43,022 bases of DNA from an uncultured Herbinix sp. GTDB lineage: Bacteria > Bacillota > Clostridia > Lachnospirales > Lachnospiraceae. The first letter of the stretch is position 1; every line of letters starts with the position of its first letter. The notes under the pieces were generated by a model. The model saw only the letters and a list, made by a program, of their open reading frames with translations, did no database searches and was not told the DNA's origin. Positions 17,733 to 27,713 of this stretch are shown here, piece after piece. The stretch covers positions 1,654 to 44,675 of the forward strand of contig CAZDWP010000001.1 of assembly GCA_964508985.1 (NCBI GenBank). The letters are read 5' to 3'. Position numbers and translations under genes: made by a program.

Positions 17733-18659
17733 CTAGAACAACGCATTGTCATTATCAACTTTTCTTACTATGGCATTTGCCACAACTACAAGAACAAATC
17801 CTATGACCGACTGATATAAAGCAGCCGCTGCTGACATTCCTACATCCTGCAATTCCATAAGGCCATGATATACATAAGTATCAATTGTCTGGGTTACATT
17901 ATACAAAGCCCCTGAATTCATCGGTACTTGATAGAAGAGCCCAAAATCCGAATAGAATATTCTGCCTATAGACATAAGTGTTAATATAACAACTGTAGGC
18001 TTAAGCATAGGAATTGTAATATATCTTATTTGTTCCAGTTTCTTTGCCCCATCAATTTTAGCTGCCTCAAAAATGCTTTTATCTATTCCCGAAATGCTTG
18101 CCATATATATAATACTGCTATAGCCTACACTCTTCCAAAGATATACAATGGTTAAAATAAGAGGCCAAAACTTTGGTGTCATATACCATGCTATTTTTTC
18201 TCCTCCAGCCATCTTTATAATAGTATTGTTGATGAAGCCTGTATCTGAGTTAAGAAATGCATAGCCTATAAATCCGATTACTACCCATGATAACAAATTA
18301 GGTAAAAGTAAAGATGACTGAAATAATTTCACTCGAAATTTTTCCCCTAATTCACACATAAGTATGGCAACTATGATTGCGAATACAGTTCCCAAGACTA
18401 TAAATGCCACATTATATAACAATGTATTTCGTACAATTAATAAGGCGTCCTGGCGAAACAGATATTTGAAATTACTAAATCCATTCCAGTCGCTACCAAA
18501 AATCCCTTTAACAAAGCTGTAATCCTTAAAGGCTAAGAACACGCCAAACATTGGGATGTAGTTATTAATAAAAAGGTATATAATACCTGGTAATGCTATT
18601 AAAAGAAGGGGACCGTTTTTGGTCAGTCCCCTATTGTGTTTATTAGTAAACTTTTTCAT
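17733..18659 (-). CDS. Carbohydrate ABC transporter permease (MalF/LplB-like)
   Basis: YIPMFG, WKSVGYSSIIY, IFEAAKIDGA, TIDTYVY. Start reassigned to ATG 18659 after GGAG. Confidence 0.92.
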   Translation of the reverse strand: MKKFTNKHNRGLTKNGPLLLIALPGIIYLFINNYIPMFGVFLAFKDYSFVKGIFGSDWNGFSNFKYLFRQDALLIVRNTLLYNVAFIVLGTVFAIIVAILMCELGEKFRVKLFQSSLLLPNLLSWVVIGFIGYAFLNSDTGFINNTIIKMAGGEKIAWYMTPKFWPLILTIVYLWKSVGYSSIIYMASISGIDKSIFEAAKIDGAKKLEQIRYITIPMLKPTVVILTLMSIGRIFYSDFGLFYQVPMNSGALYNVTQTIDTYVYHGLMELQDVGMSAAAALYQSVIGFVLVVVANAIVRKVDNDNALF

Positions 18660-18672
18660 GCTACTCTCCAAA

Positions 18673-20205
18673 TTATTTATTTTGTAGCCACTCATTAAGT
18701 TGACTTTGTTTCGCTGCAATAATTGTATCTAGTCCTGCTTCAGATAGCTTGTTTTGGAATTCAGGAATCATTACTTCAGGATCAACACTACCACATAATA
18801 ATCCTGGTAAGTACTGATTGATAACATTAATTACAGCTGTATATTCTGTCTTAACTCCGCTGGAATCAAAGGTAAAGCCCATAGCAGGAGATTTTTTAGC
18901 TAGCTGATTCTGTTCCTCTTCCCAAACCAAGGATTCTTTCGATGTGCCTGCCATTGGATGCATTAAGAAGAAATTACCCAAGGTACCGCAACTCAATTGT
19001 GCTGTATATGGTACACTGGAAGCGTCCTGGCCTTCAGGATAAGACATGAATCCATCTTCACTCATAACATAATCTCTATCTTCAATACCATATATCAGAA
19101 GATTGATTAAATCGGGATCTGTAAATGTCAGGTTAAGGAATTTCAAAGCCGCCTCAGGTACTTTAGATGTTGAAGAAACCATCCATGATAGTGCGTTAAT
19201 AGATGTAGTATCTAGATAAGCTTCGCCGATCTGAACTGCGCCGAGAGGAATTCCTCCTACCTGAGCTGATAAAGATGCTGCAGTATCCTCAGGGGGATAG
19301 CTATAAGATGCCACATAGCAGAAGCTGTTATCGGCTGACATTAGCTCTGTAGCTGTGCTGGTGGTTGTAGCCGCGTCCTGCAGAATAAGTCCTTCATTAT
19401 ACCATGTTCTTGCAAGATTGGTGATCTCTGCAAATTCGCTTGTTCCATAATAGTCCACAACGGTCATATCATCGCCCATTAAAACTCCCTTAGGACTAAA
19501 ATAATCATCTGTCAGGTAATCTACCTGTGGAATAGTCATATTAACACCAGAGGTTCCTGTTTGAACTGGTACCAAAGGAGTCATGTCAGGATAAGCTTCC
19601 TTAACCTTTCGAAGCACATTTGTTAAGTCAAAAATGTTTTTAACCTGACTCATATCAATATCTAACTCATCAGCGATTTCCTGTTTGTAAATTACCATAG
19701 GAGTTAATGCATATGGCTTGTATGTAGGAATACCATATAGCTTTCCTTCCTTTATTGTTGACTTTAGAATATCATCGCCTAAAATTCCCTTAGTCTCTGC
19801 CGCATAAGTATCTATTATGTCTGTTAAATCATATGCCATATCACTAGAGACACTGTTGTTAAAATCACCTAGAGACTCGAATACATCAATTTGTCCTCCG
19901 CCCTGTAGCGTCAGACTCACACTTGATGAATAGTCAAATATAGCTATAGGTAACAGCTCTACCTCAACGCCAATCTTCTCTCTAGTAATCTTGTTGATTT
20001 CTTCTGCTACTGTTTCTAATACTTCGGTACCAGGAATGTTGTTAAAAGTAGCATATGCATATACCACCTTGTCATAGCTTTCCTTTTCATTTGTAGGGGC
20101 TTTTACCTTTCCCTGCTCCTCCGAATCAGCCTTACTACAAGCAGCTAAACCATATACCATTAAAAATGATAACATTACAACTAAAAGTCTTTTCCAGTTT
20201 TTCAT
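18673..20205 (-). CDS. ABC transporter substrate-binding lipoprotein with DUF3502-like C-terminus
   Basis: Lipobox LAAC; GKLYGIP, YGIEDRDY, SPAMGFTFDSS, AGLDTIIAAKQSQLNEW. Confidence 0.92.
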   Translation of the reverse strand: MKNWKRLLVVMLSFLMVYGLAACSKADSEEQGKVKAPTNEKESYDKVVYAYATFNNIPGTEVLETVAEEINKITREKIGVEVELLPIAIFDYSSSVSLTLQGGGQIDVFESLGDFNNSVSSDMAYDLTDIIDTYAAETKGILGDDILKSTIKEGKLYGIPTYKPYALTPMVIYKQEIADELDIDMSQVKNIFDLTNVLRKVKEAYPDMTPLVPVQTGTSGVNMTIPQVDYLTDDYFSPKGVLMGDDMTVVDYYGTSEFAEITNLARTWYNEGLILQDAATTTSTATELMSADNSFCYVASYSYPPEDTAASLSAQVGGIPLGAVQIGEAYLDTTSINALSWMVSSTSKVPEAALKFLNLTFTDPDLINLLIYGIEDRDYVMSEDGFMSYPEGQDASSVPYTAQLSCGTLGNFFLMHPMAGTSKESLVWEEEQNQLAKKSPAMGFTFDSSGVKTEYTAVINVINQYLPGLLCGSVDPEVMIPEFQNKLSEAGLDTIIAAKQSQLNEWLQNK

Positions 20206-20367
20206 TTTTTCATATCCTCCTTTTATACTGTCAATATAACACTAGATATGTTTCGTCTCTTTCAATTTTAAGGCTTATTCTTTTAATTATAAGATATCTC
20301 GTCTGCTTTATATATACTTTTTTATTTTTCTATCTTATAATATAAGAAAACTTGAGGTAGCACAAGA

Positions 20368-22068
20368 ATGCAGAAGAAAAAATCTTTTGTCAACGAAATA
20401 TTGAGATTTCTCCTAATATTAATCGGCTTAATTTTGATTGTATTAGGGATATTTCTAGCATCCTCATATCAGATACTCGAGAAGGAAATTAAAGATTCCT
20501 CTAAATCATTTCTTGAAATATATAGTAATGAAACCTATAACAAAATCGCTGACATGGACGGCCTACTTAAAAATATTACTACAAGGAACGTAGATTTAGC
20601 CAAAATAAAGAGCCCTAATAGTAACGAACGCATACTAGCATCCATCTCAATGTCTAATTATATGCAGGATCTAATGTTTGACAGAGATATTGTAGACATA
20701 CTGGTCTTGTACGACACAAATTATAGTATTGTACTTGACGCCATAAAAAGTGGTTTTAATTATAAGCAAAAAATCGAGTTAAGAGATTTTACTGGTAGAG
20801 CCATAAAGGATGAAGCTATTAACAGCTTTGAATTTAACTTTTTGGACCTTGATGGTGAAACTTATCTTTATAAAATGCTTATTACAGATAGTAGAGCCAT
20901 TGCAATATATGTAAGAACAAGCCAACTATTAGATGAATTTCTTTCAGATGAAGGCACAAATCGATCCATTATCCTGGCCAATAATACAGGGAATATTGGT
21001 AGAGTATGGGGAGCTGTTTCAGAAGACATTTCAGTTGGTTCTAATATTCACGATATAGATTCAGATGACTATTATCATCTAGAAAGAGAGATTGTTAAGG
21101 ATCAGTTATCTATATATTGCTACACCAAAAAAAGCGGCATACTTCAACAGACTAATACCGGTATGATTATCGTTGCTGCAGCTGTATGTATAACAATGAT
21201 TTTTATGATATATGTATTAAGATATACAAGAAAACAAATAGCAAAGCCCATGCAGAATATGGTGCGTGATATCGAGCGAATAAAAAATGGCGAATATCAA
21301 AACCGTGTTAATGGCAACTTCAATACCAGAGAATTTCAAATGCTACAAGAGGCTACAAATCAGATGGTGGATGAGATTGTTGGCTTAAAGATTCAAACCT
21401 ATGAAAAACGTATTGAGTTGCAGGATATGGAGCTAAAAAGCATTAAGCTCCAAATTAAGCCACATTTCTTTCTTAATGCTTTAACTACAATATCCAGTCT
21501 AAGTAGTCAAAAAAGATTTAAAGAAATAAACAAATACATTAGCTCACTATCCAAGAATATAAGATATATGTTTCGCGCTGGCTTACACACAATTTCAATA
21601 AAAGAAGAAATAAATCACGTGGAAAATTACTTTGAGATGCAGGAATTAAAATATCCTGGCTGTATATTTTACCTAGTAGACTTGCCCACTGACTTGGAGA
21701 ATTGGGAAGTACCCCAAATGTTAATTCATACCTTTATTGAAAACGAATTTAAGTATGCAGTTTCAATGGATAAGATTCTAACCATATTGATTAAAATAAG
21801 TCTACAATCCGTCATGGGTGAAGACATGCTTTTGATAGAAATTGAGGATGATGGTAAAGGCTATCCTGAGGAAGTACTTGATTATATGAATGGGAAAACC
21901 AAGAAAGTAAGCGTAGAAGGAAATCGAGTAGGTCTATGGTCTATAAAACGAATGATGGAGCTTATGTACGAAAGGGAGAATTTAGTAATCCTTGATAACA
22001 TTAAGCCATTCGGCTGCATAAATAGGATATATGTTCCCAGAAGTCCCAAGCATAAAATTAACGAATAA
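20368..22068 (+). CDS. YesM-like sensor histidine kinase
   Basis: Two TM segments flanking an extracellular domain, HAMP, H-box QIKPHFFLNAL, IEN..KYA, IEDDGKG, VGL. Confidence 0.92.
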   Translation: MQKKKSFVNEILRFLLILIGLILIVLGIFLASSYQILEKEIKDSSKSFLEIYSNETYNKIADMDGLLKNITTRNVDLAKIKSPNSNERILASISMSNYMQDLMFDRDIVDILVLYDTNYSIVLDAIKSGFNYKQKIELRDFTGRAIKDEAINSFEFNFLDLDGETYLYKMLITDSRAIAIYVRTSQLLDEFLSDEGTNRSIILANNTGNIGRVWGAVSEDISVGSNIHDIDSDDYYHLEREIVKDQLSIYCYTKKSGILQQTNTGMIIVAAAVCITMIFMIYVLRYTRKQIAKPMQNMVRDIERIKNGEYQNRVNGNFNTREFQMLQEATNQMVDEIVGLKIQTYEKRIELQDMELKSIKLQIKPHFFLNALTTISSLSSQKRFKEINKYISSLSKNIRYMFRAGLHTISIKEEINHVENYFEMQELKYPGCIFYLVDLPTDLENWEVPQMLIHTFIENEFKYAVSMDKILTILIKISLQSVMGEDMLLIEIEDDGKGYPEEVLDYMNGKTKKVSVEGNRVGLWSIKRMMELMYERENLVILDNIKPFGCINRIYVPRSPKHKINE

Positions 22069-22083
22069 AAAAATTAGAGTGGA

Positions 22084-23670
22084 ATGATGAATGTGATTAA
22101 TGTTTTAATAGTAGACGATGACTTAGCAACCGTAGAGGTCATTAGAGATTCTCTAGACTGGGAAAGCCTAGGCATTAATAATGTATATACTGCCTATAAT
22201 GTCTCAGGGGCCAAGAAAATTCTAAATAAACAAAATATAGAAATTATAATAAGCGATATTGAGATGCCACAAGCAACAGGACTCGATCTTTTGAAGTGGG
22301 TTAGAGAGCAGAAATATGATTGTGAATTCCTACTTTTAACCTGCCATGAAAGCTTCTCCTATGCCACTGATGCTATTCATTATGATGCCGCTGCCTATCT
22401 TACAAAGCCTTTTGATTTGGAAATAATGAAGCTGAATATACAAAAGATCGTCAATAAACTTATTAAGAAGAGAAATTTACACAAGAATAGCGAATACGGA
22501 AAATGGATGGAGAAAAACATACGCTTTATGAAACTGGATTTTTGGAAGCAGTTATTGGAGGGAGATTTTCAATCTGAATCAGAAATTCTAGAAGAAATAA
22601 CTGAAAGGCATCTTGAAATTTCAGTCGATGATTACTATTGCATAATCTATACAAAGCTAAGTAATATCGAAGGAGATATTGAACGATACAGAAAAAGCGT
22701 TTATGAATACGTAATGGAAAAATCCATCTCCGAAACCATAACAGGAAATGAAGAAAACGACAGTGTCGTTAAATTCCATACTGATAATAGCTTAAGCTTC
22801 GTTACTATTATAAGCGCCAATCAAAAGTACTCTCTGAAGGAAAGATGTAAAGGGTTTATTAATAAATGCTCTGAACAGTTTTCTTCAATCATAACATGCT
22901 GTATTAGTGATCCAAACAGACTAGTAGAAATTCCAGCTTCCAAGCAAAAGCTTGAAAGGCTTTTCTATTATAATGCAAATATTAATAATAGGGTTTTTTA
23001 TGAATATGAGGTTGAAATAACTGATACAAATGAAATTCAGATACTAGATATGAAGAAAATCTCTACTTTCGTTGAAGATAAAGACAAAACACATATTTTA
23101 AATTACCTTAAGCAAACATTTCATGAATTGACGGTTTTAAAGCGAATGAATCTGTACTCTCTTTATTTAATGAAACAAGAGATTATGCAGGTTGTATATG
23201 CTGATCTCATGCAAAAGGGTATTCAAGCCACAAAATTATTCCATGATGAATTCTCCATACAGCTGTCAAATCGTGCACTTAATTCGGCAATAGATATGAT
23301 ACGTTGGGTTAATTACTTGCTTGAGAAGACCTTTTCATATGAAAAGGAGATAGAAAAATCAGCAACAATTATAGATAAAATAAATCAATATATTCATGAT
23401 CATTACAGTGAAGATATTGGTAGAAGCATAATAGCCGGAGAGTTTTTCTTAACTCCTGAATATTTAGCAAAATTATATAAGAAGAAAACTGGAATCGCCA
23501 TAAAAGCCTATATTAATGAGTACCGTATTAATAAGGCTAAAGAGCTACTGCGCACAAGTGATAAGAGCATAAGTGATATAGCAGTAGCTGTAGGCTTTGA
23601 TAATTTTTCATATTTTTCTACATTATTTAAGAACTTAACCGGAGTATCTCCTAAAGATTATAAAGAATAG
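22084..23670 (+). CDS. YesN-like response regulator (REC + AraC HTH)
   Basis: IVDDD, SDIEMP, LT, TKP; C-terminal RINKAKELL, AVGFDNFSYFSTLFKNLTGVSPKDY. Confidence 0.93.
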   Translation: MMNVINVLIVDDDLATVEVIRDSLDWESLGINNVYTAYNVSGAKKILNKQNIEIIISDIEMPQATGLDLLKWVREQKYDCEFLLLTCHESFSYATDAIHYDAAAYLTKPFDLEIMKLNIQKIVNKLIKKRNLHKNSEYGKWMEKNIRFMKLDFWKQLLEGDFQSESEILEEITERHLEISVDDYYCIIYTKLSNIEGDIERYRKSVYEYVMEKSISETITGNEENDSVVKFHTDNSLSFVTIISANQKYSLKERCKGFINKCSEQFSSIITCCISDPNRLVEIPASKQKLERLFYYNANINNRVFYEYEVEITDTNEIQILDMKKISTFVEDKDKTHILNYLKQTFHELTVLKRMNLYSLYLMKQEIMQVVYADLMQKGIQATKLFHDEFSIQLSNRALNSAIDMIRWVNYLLEKTFSYEKEIEKSATIIDKINQYIHDHYSEDIGRSIIAGEFFLTPEYLAKLYKKKTGIAIKAYINEYRINKAKELLRTSDKSISDIAVAVGFDNFSYFSTLFKNLTGVSPKDYKE

Positions 23671-23687
23671 ATATAATTAATACCTTA

Positions 23688-24473
23688 TCAGATATTCCTG
23701 TATTTTTGATACCGTTTTTCAATCATCTCACTAACTGAAATACTCATCAGTTCCTTTAAATCTGCACCTATTACATCCTTAACCTGACCCGTCACATACC
23801 CAAAGTCATTATGAGCGCCGCCAGGAGGTTCAGATATGATGCCATCAATAATACCAAACTGATATAGATCCTGTGCGGTAAGCCTCATATCATTTGCAGC
23901 GGCCTCCGCTTTTGTAGAATCCTTATAAAGAATGCTAGCAAATCCCTCAGGCGAGAGTATAGAATATATGGCATTCTCTAGCATATATACCTTATCAGCC
24001 ACGCCAAGAGCTAAGGCTCCTCCGCTTCCTCCCTCCGAGATTACCACGGAGATTATCGGGGTCCTCAGCAGCATCATTTCTGCCAGATTAGTAGCAATGG
24101 CTTCTCCCTGCCCCCTCTCCTCTGCTCCGATACCGCAGAAGGCACCAGGTGTATCGATAAAGCATATTACAGGCCTCTCAAACTTTTCAGCCTGCTTCAT
24201 TAATCTAATAGCCTTACGATATCCCTCTGGATGAGGCATTGAGAAATTTCTTGAGATGTTTTCCTTAGTGTTGCGCCCCTTTTGCTGCGCTATTATAGTA
24301 ACGGGAATATCATCAAAGAAGGCAAGTCCTCCCACTATGGCGCTATCCTCACTATATAGCCTATCTCCATGAAGCTCCACAAATCCTCTAAATATTAATT
24401 CTATATAATCAAGCCCTGTGGGCCTTATTGGCATTCTCGCTAATTTTACCTTTTCCCATGGTGTTAAATCCAT
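23688..24473 (-). CDS. accA: Acetyl-CoA carboxylase carboxyltransferase alpha subunit
   Basis: ELHGDR, PEGYRKA, FIDTPGA, AEERGQ, EGGSGGAL, SPEG. Start at ATG 24473. Confidence 0.95.
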   Translation of the reverse strand: MDLTPWEKVKLARMPIRPTGLDYIELIFRGFVELHGDRLYSEDSAIVGGLAFFDDIPVTIIAQQKGRNTKENISRNFSMPHPEGYRKAIRLMKQAEKFERPVICFIDTPGAFCGIGAEERGQGEAIATNLAEMMLLRTPIISVVISEGGSGGALALGVADKVYMLENAIYSILSPEGFASILYKDSTKAEAAANDMRLTAQDLYQFGIIDGIISEPPGGAHNDFGYVTGQVKDVIGADLKELMSISVSEMIEKRYQKYRNI

Positions 24474-24504
24474 TCTGCCCCTCCCCACTTATTAATTCGT
24501 GTTT

Positions 24505-25398
24505 TTAGATTTCAGGCTTTTCTTCCTCTTTATAATGGAGCTTTAATAATATTCCTAATGTATTCTTCATATTATCCCTCGTGACTATCTTATCTACGAA
24601 TCCGTGCTCAAAAAGAAATTCCGCTCTCTGAAAGCCCTCCGGAAGCTTTTGTCCTATGGTCTGCTCGATTACTCTAGGACCTGCAAATCCAATCAATGCA
24701 CCCGGTTCAGCCAATATAATATCACCAAGCATGGCAAAGCTGGCAGTAACGCCGCCTGTAGTTGGATCCGTAAGAACCGTTATATATAGCTGTCCCGCAG
24801 CACTATGCTTAGCCACAGCTGCACTTACCTTGGCCATTTGCATCAAAGAAAATATCCCTTCCTGCATTCTAGCACCACCAGATGCAGTGAACACTATCAC
24901 AGGCAAGCGCTCATCAGCGGCCTTTTCAAACATTCTCGCAAGCTTCTCACCAATTGCAGTACCCATACTACCCATAAAAAAGGATGCATCCATAACCCCA
25001 ATATAGGTTAAAGTACCACCGATTAATCCCTTTCCGGTTACAAGCCCATCCACAAGACCGGTCTGAGTCTGAGTCTTTATCAGCTTATCACCGTATCCGG
25101 GAAAATTAAGTGGATCTCTGGTCGTTAATTGCTGATCGATCTCTTCAAATGTATCCTCATCCACAATCATTGCCAAGCGCTCATTGGCTGGCACCTTAAA
25201 GTAATACCCACACTCACACATCTTATAATTCTTCATAAGAAGCTTAGTATAGATAACTTTACCGCAACCTGGACATTTCGTCATGATGCCTTGAGGTACG
25301 TTTGGCTTTTCCTCTTCCGCTCTTTTTAGCTCTGAAGGTCTGGAACGATATACCTTTGAAGTGGCATATTGCTTCGCCTTAAATATATTTCTACTCAT
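24505..25398 (-). CDS. accD: Acetyl-CoA carboxylase carboxyltransferase beta subunit
   Basis: Zn finger CPGC...[38 protein letters not shown]. Confidence 0.96.
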   Translation of the reverse strand: MSRNIFKAKQYATSKVYRSRPSELKRAEEEKPNVPQGIMTKCPGCGKVIYTKLLMKNYKMCECGYYFKVPANERLAMIVDEDTFEEIDQQLTTRDPLNFPGYGDKLIKTQTQTGLVDGLVTGKGLIGGTLTYIGVMDASFFMGSMGTAIGEKLARMFEKAADERLPVIVFTASGGARMQEGIFSLMQMAKVSAAVAKHSAAGQLYITVLTDPTTGGVTASFAMLGDIILAEPGALIGFAGPRVIEQTIGQKLPEGFQRAEFLFEHGFVDKIVTRDNMKNTLGILLKLHYKEEEKPEI

Positions 25399-26737
25399 AA
25401 TTCATCTTTCCTTCAATTGTGCCCGTATGATACTTTCCTGACAGAATTTCAGCTCTTTCTAGAAGCTCATACTGAAAATCAATGTTAGTCTCTATGCCGT
25501 CTACAACAAACTCCCGAAGTGCCCGTTTCATTCTGCTTATTGCTTCTTCTCTGCTTTGGCCATGTGCTATAACCTTGGCAAGCATGGAATCATAGCAAGG
25601 CGGTACCATATATCCGGGGTATAAGGCACTATCTACACGAATACCAAACCCTCCTGGAAATAAGAGATTCTCCACCAGACCTGGACAGGGCATAAATCCT
25701 CTTTTAGGATCCTCTGCGTTGATTCTACATTCAATGGCATGCCCACGAAATTCAATGTCCCTTTGACGATAGGCAAGCTTCTCACCACATGATATTTTAA
25801 TCTGTTCCTTTATCATATCAATTCCAGTAACCATCTCAGTTACGGGATGCTCCACCTGAATTCTTGTATTCATTTCCATGAAATAAAAATTACCCTTATT
25901 GTCAAGCAGGAACTCAATTGTTCCAGCATTTTCATATCCTGTCGCTTTTGCCGCCTTAACCGCGGCATTTCCCATCCTAATGCGCAGCTCCTTACTAATA
26001 ACCGAACACGGGGATTCCTCCATCAGCTTCTGATTTCTTCTTTGTACTGAGCAATCCCTTTCGCCAAGGTGTATTACATTTCCATGCTTATCGGCAAGAA
26101 TTTGAAATTCCACATGCTTAGGATTAATTATCAGTTTTTCCATGTATAGCTTATCATCACCAAATGCTGCTTTAGCTTCACTCTTCGCAGATAATATAGC
26201 CTTCTCCAAATTGCAAGACGCGTAAACTGCACGCATTCCTTTTCCGCCACCGCCTGATACAGCTTTAATCATGACAGGATATCCAATCTGCTCAGCAAGC
26301 CTTGCAGCATCCTTTATATTATCAATTTCCCCCTCAGAACCGGGTACTACCGATATACCAGCCTTTTGCATAGTCTCTCTGGCCTTCGATTTACTTCCTA
26401 AAAGCTCTATGGTGTCTGCATTAGGTCCGATAAATGTAATATTACAATCCTCACACATTCTAGCGAATGAGCTGTTCTCAGAGAGAAATCCAAAGCCCGG
26501 ATGAATCGCTGTAGCCCCAGTAAGAACCGTTGCACTTATGATGTTTTGCATATTAAGATAGCTGTCCCTTGATTTATAGGGGCCTATACACACAGCCTCA
26601 TCTGCCATTAGAACATGTAAAGCTTCTCTATCTGCCTCGGAATATACGGCTACCGTATCAATACCCATCTCTTTGCAGGCACGGATAATTCGTACCGCAA
26701 TTTCTCCGCGATTAGCAATCAATATTTTATGAAACAT
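25391..26737 (-). CDS. accC: Biotin carboxylase
   Basis: [64 protein letters not shown]. Confidence 0.97.
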   Translation of the reverse strand: MFHKILIANRGEIAVRIIRACKEMGIDTVAVYSEADREALHVLMADEAVCIGPYKSRDSYLNMQNIISATVLTGATAIHPGFGFLSENSSFARMCEDCNITFIGPNADTIELLGSKSKARETMQKAGISVVPGSEGEIDNIKDAARLAEQIGYPVMIKAVSGGGGKGMRAVYASCNLEKAILSAKSEAKAAFGDDKLYMEKLIINPKHVEFQILADKHGNVIHLGERDCSVQRRNQKLMEESPCSVISKELRIRMGNAAVKAAKATGYENAGTIEFLLDNKGNFYFMEMNTRIQVEHPVTEMVTGIDMIKEQIKISCGEKLAYRQRDIEFRGHAIECRINAEDPKRGFMPCPGLVENLLFPGGFGIRVDSALYPGYMVPPCYDSMLAKVIAHGQSREEAISRMKRALREFVVDGIETNIDFQYELLERAEILSGKYHTGTIEGKMNYE

Positions 26738-26768
26738 ATCTTCTCCTTATATAAAAGGTTCTTGCTTT

Positions 26769-27200
26769 TTATGAACTGCTTCCAACAGCGAATGTAAATA
26801 TTGCCTCCACTGCCACCTCATCCTCAACATAGGCAACCGCAGTTCCAACTCCAAAGCTCCCCCTGTTTTTTATGATTTCTACATCAAGTATAATAACGTC
26901 ACCCGGTACAACCTGACGTCTAAACTTAACCTTATCCATCCCTCCGAAATATACGATCTTCCCAGCATTCTTCTCTTCGGATAGCATAACCACCGCACCG
27001 GTCTGAGCTAGGGCTTCTAATACAATTACACCCGGCATAACGGCCTTCCCAGGAAAATGCCCGACAAAAAAAGGCTCATCCATGGTTACACATTTTCTAC
27101 CCTTACCATGCACTCCGGGCTCCAGCTCATCTATTCGGTCAACTAGTAGAAACGGAGGTCGGTGGGGTATTATTTTTTGTATTTCATTCACATTTAACAT
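26769..27200 (-). CDS. fabZ: 3-hydroxyacyl-ACP dehydratase
   Basis: IPHRPPFLLVDR, FVGHFPG.AVMPGV..LEALAQ, KFRRQVVPGD. Start at ATG 27200. Confidence 0.96.
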   Translation of the reverse strand: MLNVNEIQKIIPHRPPFLLVDRIDELEPGVHGKGRKCVTMDEPFFVGHFPGKAVMPGVIVLEALAQTGAVVMLSEEKNAGKIVYFGGMDKVKFRRQVVPGDVIILDVEIIKNRGSFGVGTAVAYVEDEVAVEAIFTFAVGSSS

Positions 27201-27252
27201 AATAATCCCTTTCCTATATAATAGCAATACTTTTCCATTTTTTAACACGTAC

Positions 27253-27711
27253 TTACTTAACGATATATAAAGGCTGGCCGAATTCTACCATATCTTCATT
27301 CTCTACCAAGCACTGAATAATCTCGCCCTCTACTTCACTTTCAATCTCATTCATCAATTTCATCGCTTCAATAATGCAGACAGGCTGTCCTTTTTTCACT
27401 ATATCTCCCACATTGGCAAAAACAGGCTTATCTGGTGCAGGCTGAGCATAAAAGGTTCCTACCATCGGCGCAAGTATCTTTTTTGTGCCAGGTATTTCTT
27501 TATCCGTAGCTGTATTGACCTTAGCTTCATTTGTAAGGGATTCATTTATCTTAGTGTTTTCTACTCCTTGCCTAATGGACAGAGCCTCGGCAGGCAGTAC
27601 ATTAATATTCTTTTCCAATTCAAGCTTAAAATTTTCTCTCTCCAGTTTAATCTTCGTAAGACCCATCTTGGTCATCTCTTGCATAAGATTAACAATTTCC
27701 TTATATTCCAT
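27253..27711 (-). CDS. accB: Biotin carboxyl carrier protein
   Basis: APMVGTFY and biotinylation motif EAMKLMNEI. Confidence 0.96.
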   Translation of the reverse strand: MEYKEIVNLMQEMTKMGLTKIKLERENFKLELEKNINVLPAEALSIRQGVENTKINESLTNEAKVNTATDKEIPGTKKILAPMVGTFYAQPAPDKPVFANVGDIVKKGQPVCIIEAMKLMNEIESEVEGEIIQCLVENEDMVEFGQPLYIVK

Positions 27712-27713
27712 GG

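Noticed and set aside
20202-20213. MKK-stop minigene overlapping the SBP start (ATGAAAAAATGA)
   Set aside because: Its ATG is only 2 nt from the SD, whereas the SBP ATG is 10 nt away; probably incidental.
10617-23687. Sugar locus as a mobile genomic island
   Set aside because: It looks AT-richer than the fab genes and abuts convergent neighbours tightly, but I found no mobility gene or flanking direct repeat and could not compute composition.
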